In this document: positions 26,799-36,691 of the stretch, piece by piece | How the letters are laid out: each line of letters opens with the position of its first letter | Numbering within the stretch: position 1 is the first letter of the stretch | Assembly: GCA_944372795.1 (NCBI GenBank) | Contig: CALWAF010000002.1 | Coordinates: forward strand, 72,558-136,557 | Direction of reading: 5' to 3' | DNA from: an uncultured Clostridia bacterium | Lineage (GTDB): Bacteria > Bacillota > Clostridia > Christensenellales > CAG-917 | DNA length: 64,000 nucleotides | Notes under the pieces: generated by a model | What the model saw: only the letters and a program-made list of their open reading frames with translations | Told to the model about the DNA's origin: nothing | The model's database searches: none | Program-made: the position numbers and the translations under genes

Positions 26799-26808
26799 AA
26801 CAACGTGT

Positions 26809-27675
26809 TTATCCTTTGCTTTTGAGCACTAAACCCTGCTTTCGGGGCTTTTCCAGCATGATCTTGCCCAGCCTGCCCTTTCTGAAATCGTCGAGGATGC
26901 AGGCGGCTGTGCGGTCGTAATCGGGGTCTCCGCCCTTGGCTTTGAAACCCCTTGCTCTCGCGATGGCGTCGAACAGAGCGAGGGTGTCGTCGGGAAGGCA
27001 GTCCAGCCCGTAGCGTGCGGCGAGATCGCCGCCGTACTCCCCTCTCACTTCGTCAAGGAAAGCGAACGCCAGCTCTCCTTTGTCCAGCACTTCGTCGCGT
27101 ATGCTGCCGATGTAGGCAAGGTGCAGCGCGACCTTTTCGTCCTCGAACTTCCCCCAAAGCGTCCCCGGGGTGTCGAGGAAATCCACGCCGCCTATGCTCA
27201 ACCACTGTTTGCCTCTCGTGACGCCGGGTCTGTCCCCCGTCACCGCTCCCGCGCGCTTGCACATGGCGTTGATGACGGTGGATTTGCCGGAGTTCGGGAC
27301 GCCCACCACCATGGCACGCACGGATACGTTCGCGCCCTTGTCGTTAAACCGCGCGATCTTGTCGGATGCCACGCGCTTGAGTCCCGTGACGATCGCCGAA
27401 CAGTCTCCCGAAGTGCCGACAGCCTTCACGAAAGGTTTTCCTTCCTCACGGAAACGCTCACACCACGGCGCGAGGTCTTCCTCTTTCACGAGGTCGCATT
27501 TGTTGAAGACGTAAAGGACTTTCTTCCCCGCGATGAGTTTGTCGAAGAGGGGGTTGTTTGAGCTGAACACCGCGCGGGAATCTATGACGTAAATGAGCGC
27601 GTCAACAAGACGGAGGTTTTCCTCCATCATGCGTATGGCTTTGGTCATATGTCCGGGAAACCATTGGATGTTCAT
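26809..27675 (-). CDS. rbgA: Ribosome biogenesis GTPase A (YlqF/RbgA)
   Basis: The start is MNIQWFPGHMTKA. The GTPase motifs are circularly permuted, with NKCDL preceding GVPNSGKST. Confidence 0.92.
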   Translation of the reverse strand: MNIQWFPGHMTKAIRMMEENLRLVDALIYVIDSRAVFSSNNPLFDKLIAGKKVLYVFNKCDLVKEEDLAPWCERFREEGKPFVKAVGTSGDCSAIVTGLKRVASDKIARFNDKGANVSVRAMVVGVPNSGKSTVINAMCKRAGAVTGDRPGVTRGKQWLSIGGVDFLDTPGTLWGKFEDEKVALHLAYIGSIRDEVLDKGELAFAFLDEVRGEYGGDLAARYGLDCLPDDTLALFDAIARARGFKAKGGDPDYDRTAACILDDFRKGRLGKIMLEKPRKQGLVLKSKG

Positions 27676-27695
27676 AGTAGTTCTCCGGCCAGACG

Positions 27696-27720
27696 AAAAA
27701 TATTGCTGTGCAATATTTTT
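27696..27720. other. AT-rich perfect hairpin between trmD and rbgA
   Basis: AAAAATATTGC-TGT-GCAATATTTTT is an 11-bp stem, extended by CCGGC/GCCGG. Its function (terminator, processing site or operator) is unknown. Confidence 0.35.
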
Positions 27721-27802
27721 GCCGGACTTCGTTCCTTGTGCTCCGTGCTCGGGCGCACTCACCGCACCGCGTCACAGAGGGCGCTTGTACCCCGCGTTGC
27801 GT

Positions 27803-28474
27803 TTATTTGTCCAGCAGGTCGGGACGGCGTTCGCGGGTGATCTCCAGCGACTTGCGCGCACGCCACGCGTCCACTTCGGCATGATTGCCCGAGATGAGCA
27901 CCTCGGGGACAGAAAGTCCGCGATAAACCTGCGGGCGCGTGTATTGCGGATATTCGAGCAGCCCGGAGGAAAAGCTCTCTTCCACCGTGCTTTCGGGACT
28001 GCCGAGCACGCCGTCGAGATAGCGCGAAACGGCGTTCATGACCACGAGCGCGGGAAGTTCCCCTCCCGTGAGGACGTAGTCGCCTATGGAGATCTCGCGG
28101 TCGTAGGCGAGCTCCAACGCGCGTTCGTCCACGCCTTCGTAGCCGCCGCAGAGGAAGAGCAATTCTTCCTCCCCCGCAAGTTCCTTCGCCATACTCTGTC
28201 TGAACGGCTCTCCCTTGGGAGAAAGGTAGATGCGAAGAGCTTTGTGCTCGGGGTCTGTCGCCTCCGTCGCCCTGACGATGGGGTCGGGAGTCATCACCAT
28301 ACCCGCACCGCCACCGTAGGGATAGTCGTCCGTCTTGTGGTGCTTGTCCGTGGAATAGTCGCGGATGTTGACCACGTTGACCTCAAACCTCCCCTCTTTG
28401 ACGGCGCGTCCCATTATGCCGAGGTCTAGGACGCCGAAATATTCGGGAAATATGGTGAGAAAATGAAACTTCAT
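27803..28474 (-). CDS. trmD: tRNA (guanine37-N1)-methyltransferase
   Basis: MKFHFLTIFPEYF.. and DDYPYGGGAGMVM motifs. The start overlaps the rimM stop in an ATGA arrangement. Confidence 0.96.
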   Translation of the reverse strand: MKFHFLTIFPEYFGVLDLGIMGRAVKEGRFEVNVVNIRDYSTDKHHKTDDYPYGGGAGMVMTPDPIVRATEATDPEHKALRIYLSPKGEPFRQSMAKELAGEEELLFLCGGYEGVDERALELAYDREISIGDYVLTGGELPALVVMNAVSRYLDGVLGSPESTVEESFSSGLLEYPQYTRPQVYRGLSVPEVLISGNHAEVDAWRARKSLEITRERRPDLLDK

Positions 28475-28977
28475 GCGTTGTACACCGCCGTTCTTGCAAA
28501 CATTCTGCCGTCGAGAGTGATGACGCCTTTTTCGGTGTCGATCTCTCTTACCACCTCTTTGAGCGCGGGGAAACTGACGCTGCCCGACTCCGTCTTCACC
28601 ACATAGACGTCGGCGGAACCGTATTGCAACACGTCCACGAGTTCCCCCAGCCTGTCGCCGTCAACGACGACGTCGGCGCCGAGGATGTCGGCGATATAGA
28701 CCCGCCCTTCGGGGGGAGGAGGCAACGCTTTTCGCGCCACTTTGACCTCCTTGCCGCGGAGTTTTTCGGCATCCTCGGGGGTGTCCACTCCCGAAAGTTT
28801 TGCAAAGAGGAAAACGCCCTCGGCGGACGCATCTTCCACGCGGTAGTGCGTCCCGCCGACGACAAGCGTACCGACATGCAGCAGCCTAGCGGTGTTCTCG
28901 GAATAGGTCTCGATCTTCACCACTCCTTTGATCCCGCGCGGGCGCAGCACTCTGCCTATGGTGAATTCCTCTTTCAT
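28471..28977 (-). CDS. rimM: 16S rRNA processing protein RimM
   Basis: 168-aa ORF with GRVLRPRGIKGVVKI and a PRC-barrel C-terminus. Its operon position is the expected one. Confidence 0.9.
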   Translation of the reverse strand: MKEEFTIGRVLRPRGIKGVVKIETYSENTARLLHVGTLVVGGTHYRVEDASAEGVFLFAKLSGVDTPEDAEKLRGKEVKVARKALPPPPEGRVYIADILGADVVVDGDRLGELVDVLQYGSADVYVVKTESGSVSFPALKEVVREIDTEKGVITLDGRMFARTAVYNA

Positions 28978-29207
28978 TCGTGCTCTTCGATGACTACGTT
29001 ATAGCGGACGGAAGACTTCGCGGACGCGGCTTTCACCAGCACCCTTATGGCGCGGGCGATCTTGCCCTGCTTGCCGATGATCTTGCCGATGTCCTTTTTC
29101 GCCGCCGCGATCACGATGTCGGATTCGTCGCCGTTCTCGCGGAGTTCTACAGACCACTCCCCGTCCGGGACGAGCTTACCGACCAGATATTCGACGAGTT
29201 CCAGCAT
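28974..29207 (-). CDS. KH-domain RNA-binding protein (YlqC-like)
   Basis: 77-aa ORF with IGKIIGKQGKIARAIR, a GxxG KH motif. It sits between rpsP and rimM. Confidence 0.88.
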   Translation of the reverse strand: MLELVEYLVGKLVPDGEWSVELRENGDESDIVIAAAKKDIGKIIGKQGKIARAIRVLVKAASAKSSVRYNVVIEEHE

Positions 29208-29215
29208 ACTTCACC

Positions 29216-29455
29216 TTACAGAATGCCGTGTTCCTTGAACAGGTTGCGGACGGTGTCGGTGGGCTGGGCGCCGTTGGCGAGCCACTTCTTGGCGAGCTCC
29301 GCGTCGATTCTCACGACCTTGGGTTCGCTTGCGGGATCGTAGATGCCGATCTGCTCGATGTACTGTCCGTCACGCGCTTTTCTGGAGTCGGTGGCGACGA
29401 TGCGGTAGAAAGGTGCTTTTTTTGCTCCCATTCTGGTGAGTCTGAGTTTGACCAT
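29216..29455 (-). CDS. rpsP: 30S ribosomal protein S16
   Basis: The ORF begins [25 protein letters not shown]. Confidence 0.97.
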   Translation of the reverse strand: MVKLRLTRMGAKKAPFYRIVATDSRKARDGQYIEQIGIYDPASEPKVVRIDAELAKKWLANGAQPTDTVRNLFKEHGIL

Positions 29456-29535
29456 TGTTTTTCTCCTTTTGCCTTGCGGCTGTATATAAATTTCTTATTT
29501 GACGTTTTATCTTGCGCTTTTGAGGCGATAAAGTG

Positions 29536-30873
29536 TCAGAACAGACCTTTCATCCCCTTCATCCCGCGCAATCCTTTCATGCCGCCCTTCTGCATCCGCG
29601 CCATCATATCGCGCGTGAGCTCGAACTGTTTGAGCAGCTGATTGACCTCTTGTATGGACGTGCCGCTGCCCTGCGCGATACGCTTGCGGCGGCTGCCTTT
29701 GATGATGTCGGGGTTGCGTCTCTCCTTCACCGTCATGGACTGGATGATGACTTTTGCGCGCATCAGCTTATCCTCGTCGATGTCCTCGGTGCGGATCTTT
29801 CCCGCCATGCCGGGGAGCATCTTCATCATGTCGCCGATGCCGCCCATCTTCTTCACGCTCTCCAGCTGCTCGAGATAATCCTCGAGTGTGAAGGAACGCT
29901 CCTTCAGCTTCTTCTGCAAGCTCTCCGCCTGCTCTTTCGAGAACGCTTGCTCCGCCTTCTCGATGAGGGTGAGCACATCGCCCATGCCGAGGATGCGGCT
30001 CGCCATACGCTCGGGATGGAATACCTCGAGGTCCTCCGGCTTCTCGCCCGTGCCGCTGAACTTGATGGGTTTGCCCGTCACCGCCTTGATTGAGAGCGCG
30101 GCGCCGCCTCTGGTGTCGCCGTCGAGTTTGGTCATGATGACGCCCGTGATGTCCAGCGTCTTATTGAAGGTGTCTGCGACGGTGACCGCGTCCTGACCCG
30201 TCATGCTGTCCACCACAAGGAGTATCTCGGAGGGCGAGACGGCGGCTTTCACGTCAACGAGCTCCTTCATCAATGCCTCGTCGATGTGCAGTCTGCCCGC
30301 AGTGTCGACGATGACTGTATCGAAGCCGTTTTTGAGTGCGTATGCGACGCCTTCTTTTGCTATCTTGACGGGGCTTATCTGTCCCATCTCGAAGACCTCG
30401 GCACCCACCTTCTTGCCCACTATGCCCAGCTGTTGGATGGCTGCGGGGCGATAGACGTCCGCGGCGACGAGAAGTGCGCGTTTGCCCTGCTTTTTGAGGA
30501 AGAGCGCGAGTTTCCCGCACATGGTCGTCTTGCCCGCGCCCTGCAATCCGCACATCATATACACCGTGGGCGGACGGTCGGAGACGGCAAGTTTCTGATG
30601 CTTGCTGCCCATGAGCGCGACCAGCTCGTCGTTGACGATCTTGACTATCTGCTGCGCGGGAGTGAGGGACTTCAGGATGTCCTCGCCCAGCGCCTTCTCG
30701 CTGACGGCGGCGACGAAATCCTTCACGACGCCGAAGTTGACGTCCGCCTCGAGCAGCGCCACGCGGATCTCGCGCATCGCCTGCTTTATCTCCAGCTCCG
30801 TAAGTTTGCCCTTATTGCGGAGCTTTGAGAAGATGTGGTTCATCTTGTCCGAAAGACTCTCGAAGACTGCCAT
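29536..30873 (-). CDS. ffh: Signal recognition particle protein Ffh
   Basis: GLQGAGKTT and DTAGR form the NG domain. The M domain is Met-rich (MGGIGDMMKMLPGM). Confidence 0.97.
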   Translation of the reverse strand: MAVFESLSDKMNHIFSKLRNKGKLTELEIKQAMREIRVALLEADVNFGVVKDFVAAVSEKALGEDILKSLTPAQQIVKIVNDELVALMGSKHQKLAVSDRPPTVYMMCGLQGAGKTTMCGKLALFLKKQGKRALLVAADVYRPAAIQQLGIVGKKVGAEVFEMGQISPVKIAKEGVAYALKNGFDTVIVDTAGRLHIDEALMKELVDVKAAVSPSEILLVVDSMTGQDAVTVADTFNKTLDITGVIMTKLDGDTRGGAALSIKAVTGKPIKFSGTGEKPEDLEVFHPERMASRILGMGDVLTLIEKAEQAFSKEQAESLQKKLKERSFTLEDYLEQLESVKKMGGIGDMMKMLPGMAGKIRTEDIDEDKLMRAKVIIQSMTVKERRNPDIIKGSRRKRIAQGSGTSIQEVNQLLKQFELTRDMMARMQKGGMKGLRGMKGMKGLF

Positions 30874-31220
30874 TATTCCTCCAATATCTTTTCCGCTCGG
30901 TCGAGAAGAGCCGCGCCTTTTTCCGCATCGAGGGAAGAAAATGCCTCCTTCGCCTCGCGGATGAGCGCCGCCACTTCGCCGTCACGACGCACCAGACCGA
31001 GTTTTTCCTCGAACTCGACTAGGGAGCGCTCCCCTCTCTTGATGCCGTCCAGCACCGCCTGACGCGACACCGAATAGAGCTGGGCTATCTCCCCCAGAGA
31101 GATGTCTTCGTCGTAATGCAGACGGAGCCACTCGTTCTGCTTTTCGGTGATGAGGGCGCCGTAGTAGGCGCGCAGGGTGCTTATCTCGAATCTGTTCATT
31201 GGCACGGTGTCAAGGCGCAC
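30873..31220 (-). CDS. ylxM: YlxM (UPF0122) putative DNA-binding protein
   Basis: A sigma-70 region-4-like HTH (ISLGEIAQLYSVSRQAVLDGIKR) lies immediately upstream of ffh with a 1-nt overlap. The start codon is uncertain (31220 GTG or 31199 ATG). Confidence 0.85.
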   Translation of the reverse strand: MRLDTVPMNRFEISTLRAYYGALITEKQNEWLRLHYDEDISLGEIAQLYSVSRQAVLDGIKRGERSLVEFEEKLGLVRRDGEVAALIREAKEAFSSLDAEKGAALLDRAEKILEE

Positions 31221-31261
31221 GCCTTTGCAAAGGCGTCAACCTTTACACATATGATAAACGC

Positions 31262-31297
31262 AAAAAAAAGCGGTGTCAAGCGTCTGACACCGTTTTT
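31262..31297 (-). terminator. Rho-independent terminator after ftsY
   Basis: The minus strand reads CGGTGTCA-GACGCT-TGACACCG followed by C TTTTTTTT. Confidence 0.85.
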
Positions 31298-31318
31298 CTC
31301 GCGTGAGCGTGCGCGTGT

Positions 31319-32212
31319 TCAAATCAAAGCATCCACAAAATCTTTGGCGTCGAAGGGGATGAGATCGTCTATCTTCTCGCCCACGCCGACGTACAGCACG
31401 GGGAGCTCGAGTTCCACGGAAATGGCGATGACCACCCCGCCCTTCGCGGTGCCGTCCAACTTGGTGAGTATGATGCCGTCGAGGTCAATTGCCTCCGAGA
31501 ATATCTCCGCCTGCGCCACGCCGTTCTGTCCCGTGGTGGCGTCGAGGACGAGATATTTTCTGAAATCGGCATCCGGGAGCTCTCTTTCCACCACGCGGCA
31601 GATCTTTTTGAGCTCCTCCATCAAGTTTTTCTTGTTGTGCAGCCTGCCCGCGGTGTCCACGAGTATGACGTCGGTGCCGCGCGCCTTGGCGGAGGAAACG
31701 GCGTCGTAGACCACTGCCGCGGGGTCTGCGCCCTCGTTGTGGCGGATGACGCGCACCCCGGCGCGCTCACCCCACACTTCGAGCTGCTCGCCTGCGGCGG
31801 CGCGGAAGGTGTCGGCAGCGGCGATGACCACACTCTTGCCCTGTTCGCGGAAAAGGTGCGCGAGTTTGCCTATCGCGGTGGTCTTACCCACTCCGTTGAC
31901 CCCGGAAAGCAGGATGACGAGAGGATAGGAATATTCCTCCACTTCGTAGTCGATGTTGTCCACAAGGATCTCTTTCAGCACGCTTTTGGCGTCCTCGGGG
32001 GCTTTGATCTTCTCCTCGAAAACGCGGTCTTTTAGGTCCCCAACGATGCTGTCTGCGGCAGTGACTCCGACGTCACCCGCAAGCAGCGCTTCCTCGAGCG
32101 ACTCATAAAACTCGTCGTCGAGCTCGCGTGCCGAGAACGCATAGAACAGCTTCTTTGCGATGCTGTCCTTGGTCTTTTTTATGCCTTCGGCGATCTTTTT
32201 GAAAAATCCCAT
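31319..32212 (-). CDS. ftsY: SRP receptor FtsY (short, NG-domain form)
   Basis: GVNGVGKTT, DTAGRLH and TKLDGTAKGG motifs in a 297-aa ORF. Confidence 0.96.
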   Translation of the reverse strand: MGFFKKIAEGIKKTKDSIAKKLFYAFSARELDDEFYESLEEALLAGDVGVTAADSIVGDLKDRVFEEKIKAPEDAKSVLKEILVDNIDYEVEEYSYPLVILLSGVNGVGKTTAIGKLAHLFREQGKSVVIAAADTFRAAAGEQLEVWGERAGVRVIRHNEGADPAAVVYDAVSSAKARGTDVILVDTAGRLHNKKNLMEELKKICRVVERELPDADFRKYLVLDATTGQNGVAQAEIFSEAIDLDGIILTKLDGTAKGGVVIAISVELELPVLYVGVGEKIDDLIPFDAKDFVDALI

Positions 32213-32220
32213 ATCTTCTC

Positions 32221-35200
32221 CTATTCCGCCTCTTTGGCGTGCTTCTGCGCTTCCTCGAAGGAGACGGAAACTATCTTCGTCACGCCCTTTTCCTCCATGG
32301 TGACGCCGAATATGGTGTCGGCGTGGCGCATGGTGGGCTTGCGGTGGGTGATGACGATGAACTGCGTCTCGGCGGAGAATCTCTTCAGAAATTCCGCAAA
32401 CAGGTTGCAGTTGGTGTCGTCGAGGGCGGAGTCTATCTCGTCCAGCACGCAGAAAGGCATGGGGTTGAGCATGATGATCGCGAACAGGATCGCGATAGCG
32501 GTCAGCGCGCGCTCGCCGCCCGACAGCAGAGAGATGTTGCGCAGCTTCTTGCCGGGAGGCTGCGAGAATATCTCTATGCCCGCCTCGAGGGGGTCGTCGG
32601 TGACGGAGGTGTCCAGCCGCAGCTCACCCGAGCCGCCGTTGAAGAGCTTCGCGAACACATCGCGGAAGTTCTCGTTGATCTTGTTGAAGGCGGTGAGGAA
32701 CTTGGAGCTCATCTCCTCCGTCATGGTCTCGATGACCTTCATGATGTCGCGGCACGCCTGCAGGATGTCGTCGCGCTGTGTGGTCTGCTCCGTGAGCCTC
32801 GCCTCGGCGTCGGCAAGGTCCTGCACGGCGAGCGGGTTGACGTCGCCGAGCTTCGCGATGGACTTCTTCAGCTCCGCGATGACGGTCTTCGCTCCGTGGT
32901 GCTCGAAAGCCTCGTCCTTCAACGGGAGAGCCGAAGTGTAAGTCAGGTCGTATTCCTCGAGGATATGCTGCTGGAGATACGCATTTTGATTGTCGACGTT
33001 CTCCAACATATTCTCGTCGCGGATCTTCTTTTCGGCAAGCGCGGTACGCTCCTCCGCAAGCCTCGTCCTCTCCTCGTCGAGGGAGACGATCTTTTCGGAG
33101 AGCTTACGCTTCATCTCGCTGAGCCCCGCGATCTGCGTTTCGAGCTCCTCGATGCGCTTCTTGTCCGCCTCCGAGAAATTGGTCTTTGCGGGAGCGGTGC
33201 GGATCTTGTTCAGCTCCGCCGTGCGGGACTGCAATTGAGCCGAGATGTCCTCTTTTTCTTCCTTCAACGCGTTCTCGTCGCGGCGCAGACGGAAGAGTTC
33301 GGTATCATAGCCCTCGATCGCGTTCTTCTGCTCGGCTAGCCTGACGCGGAGGTTCATCACCTCTTCGTTCAGAGTCTCGCGCTCGGACTTCTGCTCGCTG
33401 CTCTGCGTCTTGGACGCCTCGATGAGCGCGCCGTATTCCTCCTGACGCTGTTTGACGTCCGTCTCCAGCTTGTCGATGTCGCCGAGGTCTGCGGCAAGGG
33501 CTTTGAGGATGGCTTGCACCCTCTCGAGCTCCGCAGCATCTGCCGATATCTCTTCGCGCAGCTGCTCTACGGTATCGGCTGCCTGTTTCGCCTTGTTCTC
33601 GTTGAGGGTGGTCTCGATGCTGACCTCCGAGATGCGGGCTGCGATCTCGGTGAGCTTTTCCTCCGCCGCCGCGATCTCCGCAGTGTAGTCCTCGCGCTGT
33701 GCGGTGAGCCCCGCGATGCGCGAGCGCATACGCTCCACGTTGGCTTTTGCCTGTTCGATCTGCTTCTCCTGCGAAAGGAGACCGGAATTCTGCGTGCGTC
33801 TGGAACCGCCCGTGATCTCGCCGCCTCGGGCGTATATCTCGCCGTCCAGCGTCACTATCTTGAAGCCTTGGTTATATTTGCGGTAAAGCCTCTCCGCCGT
33901 GTTCATCCCGTCCACGACGACGGTGGTGCCGAGAAGGGTCTGAACGAAGGGATAGAACCTGTCCTCGCACTCGACAAGATCGGCGGCTATGCCGAAACAG
34001 CCCTGCTCGTTGAGCGCGGGCATATATTCTCTCGCCAGAGCCCTCGGTCTGCACGCCGAAAGAGGACGGAACGTCACTCTGCCGTAGCTCTTCTGTTTGA
34101 GGTAGGTTATGAGTGCCGCGGCGTCGCGCTCGCTCTCGACAAGGACGTTCTGCAATGCGGCGCCCAGCGCGTACTCAATTGCGGATTCGTAGCCTTCGGG
34201 CACGTTGATGACCTCTGCGAGCACGCCCATGATGCGCCCTTTCAGGGCGGGATCGTGTCTTGCGTCGCGCATGAGGTTCTTCACCGCTTCCTGATAGCCC
34301 TGATAGTCGTCCTTGACAGAGACCAAAAGTTTAAGCTGTCCTTCGGCAAGACCCAGCTTCGAGTTGAGGGTGACGACGTCCGCCTCCAGCCCCTTTATCG
34401 CTTCCTGCGCCTCGAGTTTGCCGGAGAGCACCTCGTTGTTCTGCTGCGATAGCTCTCTCATCTCGGCGCGCCCCGCCTTGACGTTGCTGTCATATACGGA
34501 AAGATCGGTCTCCGCCTCGTCCAGACTCGCCTTTTTTACCGAGAGCATCTCGCGCAGATTCTTGAGCCTTTCGTCGTTGATGGCTTTTTCGGCGATGAGC
34601 GCGGACTGGTTGCCCTTGAGTTCGCCCAGACGTTTCAGCGCCTCGACGTACTCGTCGTTCTTGCTGGCAAGCGCGCTCTCTCTGCCCTCGATGTCCTGCG
34701 AGAGGAAGCCGAGCTTCTTGCTCTTTTCCTCGAATTCCTTGCTGGTGGCGAGATACGCCTCGGTCTCTGCCTCCTTCTTCTCGGTGCATTTGCGGATGAG
34801 ATCCTCCGAGACAGCTATCTGCGCATCCGCAGAGCGCAGCTCCCCGTTCAGACGGTTGACCTCCGCCTGCAGGTTGGCGATCTTCTCCTTGATGACGTTG
34901 GCTTGACCGATGGTGCGCTCGGCGTCGACTTTCAGTGCGAGCAGCTCCGCATTGCTCTCTTCCGCCACGCGGTCTACGCCGCTGGACTCGCGCAATGCGC
35001 GCTCGTATTCGCTCACGCACCTGTTGAACGCCGCCTCTTTTTCCGTGATGTCGCGCTGCGCCGCGGCGATGCGGTCGAGGATCTTTTGCTTGATCTGCTG
35101 CGCGTTCTCGTAATTATAGATATAGAGGTTGACTTCCTGCACCTTGAGCTGCTCACGCAGTGCGGCGTACTTCTTTGCCGTCTCCGCCTGCCGCCTCAAA

Positions 35201-35817
35201 GGCCCTATGTGACGCTCTATCTCCGCGATGACGTCGTTTGCCGCCTGAAGGTTGAACTTCGCCTTCTCGAGGTCGGACTCCGCACGCTTCCTCTGCTCGC
35301 GGAACTTGGAGATGCCCGCCGCTTCCTCGAAGATGCGGCGTCTGTCCTCCGGCTTTGCCGAAAGCACCTCGTCCACTCTGCCCTGACCGATGATGCTGTA
35401 ACCGTCCTTGCCCATGCCGGTGTCGTGCAGCATATTGATGATGTCGCGGCGCAGGCAGGAGGTGCGGTTGATGAAATACTCGCTCTTACCGCTGCGGTCG
35501 AGCTTTCTGGTGATCATCACCTCGTCGAAAGGAAGGGTGGGGAAAAGTTTCTTGTCGGAATTGTCGAAAAGGAGGCTGACCTCGCAGTAGGACATCATGC
35601 CGCGGTGGTCGCTGCCGCAGAATATGACGTCGGACATGACGGTGCCGCGCAGCTGTTTCGCACGCTGCTCGCCCAGCACCCACTTGATGGAATCCGAAAC
35701 ATTGGACTTCCCGCAGCCGTTGGGGCCGATGATGGCGGTGAACCCGTCGCTGAACGGGATCTCCACCTTGTCGGCGAAGGATTTGAACCCTCTGGCTTCG
35801 ATCATCTTAAGTCGCAT
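32221..35817 (-). CDS. smc: Chromosome segregation protein SMC
   Basis: 1198-aa ORF. It has the Walker A GPNGCGKSN, long coiled coils around a hinge, the signature LSGGERALTAIA and the Walker B FCVLDEID. Confidence 0.97.
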   Translation of the reverse strand: MRLKMIEARGFKSFADKVEIPFSDGFTAIIGPNGCGKSNVSDSIKWVLGEQRAKQLRGTVMSDVIFCGSDHRGMMSYCEVSLLFDNSDKKLFPTLPFDEVMITRKLDRSGKSEYFINRTSCLRRDIINMLHDTGMGKDGYSIIGQGRVDEVLSAKPEDRRRIFEEAAGISKFREQRKRAESDLEKAKFNLQAANDVIAEIERHIGPLRRQAETAKKYAALREQLKVQEVNLYIYNYENAQQIKQKILDRIAAAQRDITEKEAAFNRCVSEYERALRESSGVDRVAEESNAELLALKVDAERTIGQANVIKEKIANLQAEVNRLNGELRSADAQIAVSEDLIRKCTEKKEAETEAYLATSKEFEEKSKKLGFLSQDIEGRESALASKNDEYVEALKRLGELKGNQSALIAEKAINDERLKNLREMLSVKKASLDEAETDLSVYDSNVKAGRAEMRELSQQNNEVLSGKLEAQEAIKGLEADVVTLNSKLGLAEGQLKLLVSVKDDYQGYQEAVKNLMRDARHDPALKGRIMGVLAEVINVPEGYESAIEYALGAALQNVLVESERDAAALITYLKQKSYGRVTFRPLSACRPRALAREYMPALNEQGCFGIAADLVECEDRFYPFVQTLLGTTVVVDGMNTAERLYRKYNQGFKIVTLDGEIYARGGEITGGSRRTQNSGLLSQEKQIEQAKANVERMRSRIAGLTAQREDYTAEIAAAEEKLTEIAARISEVSIETTLNENKAKQAADTVEQLREEISADAAELERVQAILKALAADLGDIDKLETDVKQRQEEYGALIEASKTQSSEQKSERETLNEEVMNLRVRLAEQKNAIEGYDTELFRLRRDENALKEEKEDISAQLQSRTAELNKIRTAPAKTNFSEADKKRIEELETQIAGLSEMKRKLSEKIVSLDEERTRLAEERTALAEKKIRDENMLENVDNQNAYLQQHILEEYDLTYTSALPLKDEAFEHHGAKTVIAELKKSIAKLGDVNPLAVQDLADAEARLTEQTTQRDDILQACRDIMKVIETMTEEMSSKFLTAFNKINENFRDVFAKLFNGGSGELRLDTSVTDDPLEAGIEIFSQPPGKKLRNISLLSGGERALTAIAILFAIIMLNPMPFCVLDEIDSALDDTNCNLFAEFLKRFSAETQFIVITHRKPTMRHADTIFGVTMEEKGVTKIVSVSFEEAQKHAKEAE

Positions 35818-35840
35818 AGCTATCTCCCGAATACCTCTGC

Positions 35841-35869
35841 ATTATATCACACGCACGCCCCGCGCACAA
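35841..35869 (-). promoter_or_regulatory. Candidate promoter for smc
   Basis: The minus strand has TTGTGC, a 17-nt spacer, then TATAAT with a TGa extended -10. It lies about 20 nt upstream of the smc SD. Confidence 0.5.
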
Positions 35870-35930
35870 GCGGAAACACGAATGTTTCACAAAGTTTTGC
35901 GAAACATCAAAAATCCGTGAAACATCGGAC

Positions 35931-35965
35931 AAAAATTAAAAAATACCCGCATAGAATGCGGATAT
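35931..35965 (-). terminator. Rho-independent terminator after rnc
   Basis: The minus strand reads ATATCCGCAT-TCT-ATGCGGGTAT followed by TTTTTAATTTTT. Confidence 0.75.
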
Positions 35966-35998
35966 TTGAAAAACGGGCTTTGTGAAACACTCGAAGTT

Positions 35999-36691
35999 TC
36001 AGCTCTTCTTTTTCCTTTGCGGCTTTGAAAGCGAGCGGAGCGCCTGCTGCGCCGCGTGCTGCTGCGCTTCGCGTTTGCTGCTCCCGCGCCCCGTGCCTGC
36101 GCACTCTCCCGCGATATACACCGAAAAAACGAACTCGGGCTCGTGGGGAGCACCCGACCTGCCCTCCTCACAATAGCGGACGGAAACGCCCTTTTTCATC
36201 GCATATTCGTTTAGGCGGGATTTGGCGTCGGTGAGTTTTTCGTCATCGCCCGCGGATGCCAACTCATCCGCAAGACAGCGCAGCACGAACTTTTCCGCCT
36301 CTCCGAGCCCTCCGTCCAGACACACTGCCGCCGTCAGCGACTCGAATAGATCGCATTTGACGGAGCTGTGCGAGGTGAGGCCGCTCATGCGCTCGTTCTC
36401 GCCCGTGATGAGCTCGTCCGCGATGCCCAGCCTGTCCACGGCTGCGGCAAGAGGTCTTTCGCTCACCACCGCGGCACGCATCTTGGTGAGTCTGCCCTCA
36501 TCCGCCGAGGGATATAAGGCATACAGCCTTGCGGAAACGACGTATTCCAGCACACTGTCGCCCAGAAACTCGAGATTCTGATAGTTCCCCGAAGGTTTCG
36601 GGCAGGCGGAGGAATGCGTAAAAGCGCGCTCGAGAAGCGCGCTGTCACGGAACGTATATCCTATCTTTTCCTCAATCTTCCGTCTGTCCAT
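35999..36691 (-). CDS. rnc: Ribonuclease III
   Basis: NLEFLGDSVLE is the RNase III signature, and a C-terminal dsRBD is present (GSSKREAQQHAAQQAL). Confidence 0.95.
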   Translation of the reverse strand: MDRRKIEEKIGYTFRDSALLERAFTHSSACPKPSGNYQNLEFLGDSVLEYVVSARLYALYPSADEGRLTKMRAAVVSERPLAAAVDRLGIADELITGENERMSGLTSHSSVKCDLFESLTAAVCLDGGLGEAEKFVLRCLADELASAGDDEKLTDAKSRLNEYAMKKGVSVRYCEEGRSGAPHEPEFVFSVYIAGECAGTGRGSSKREAQQHAAQQALRSLSKPQRKKKS

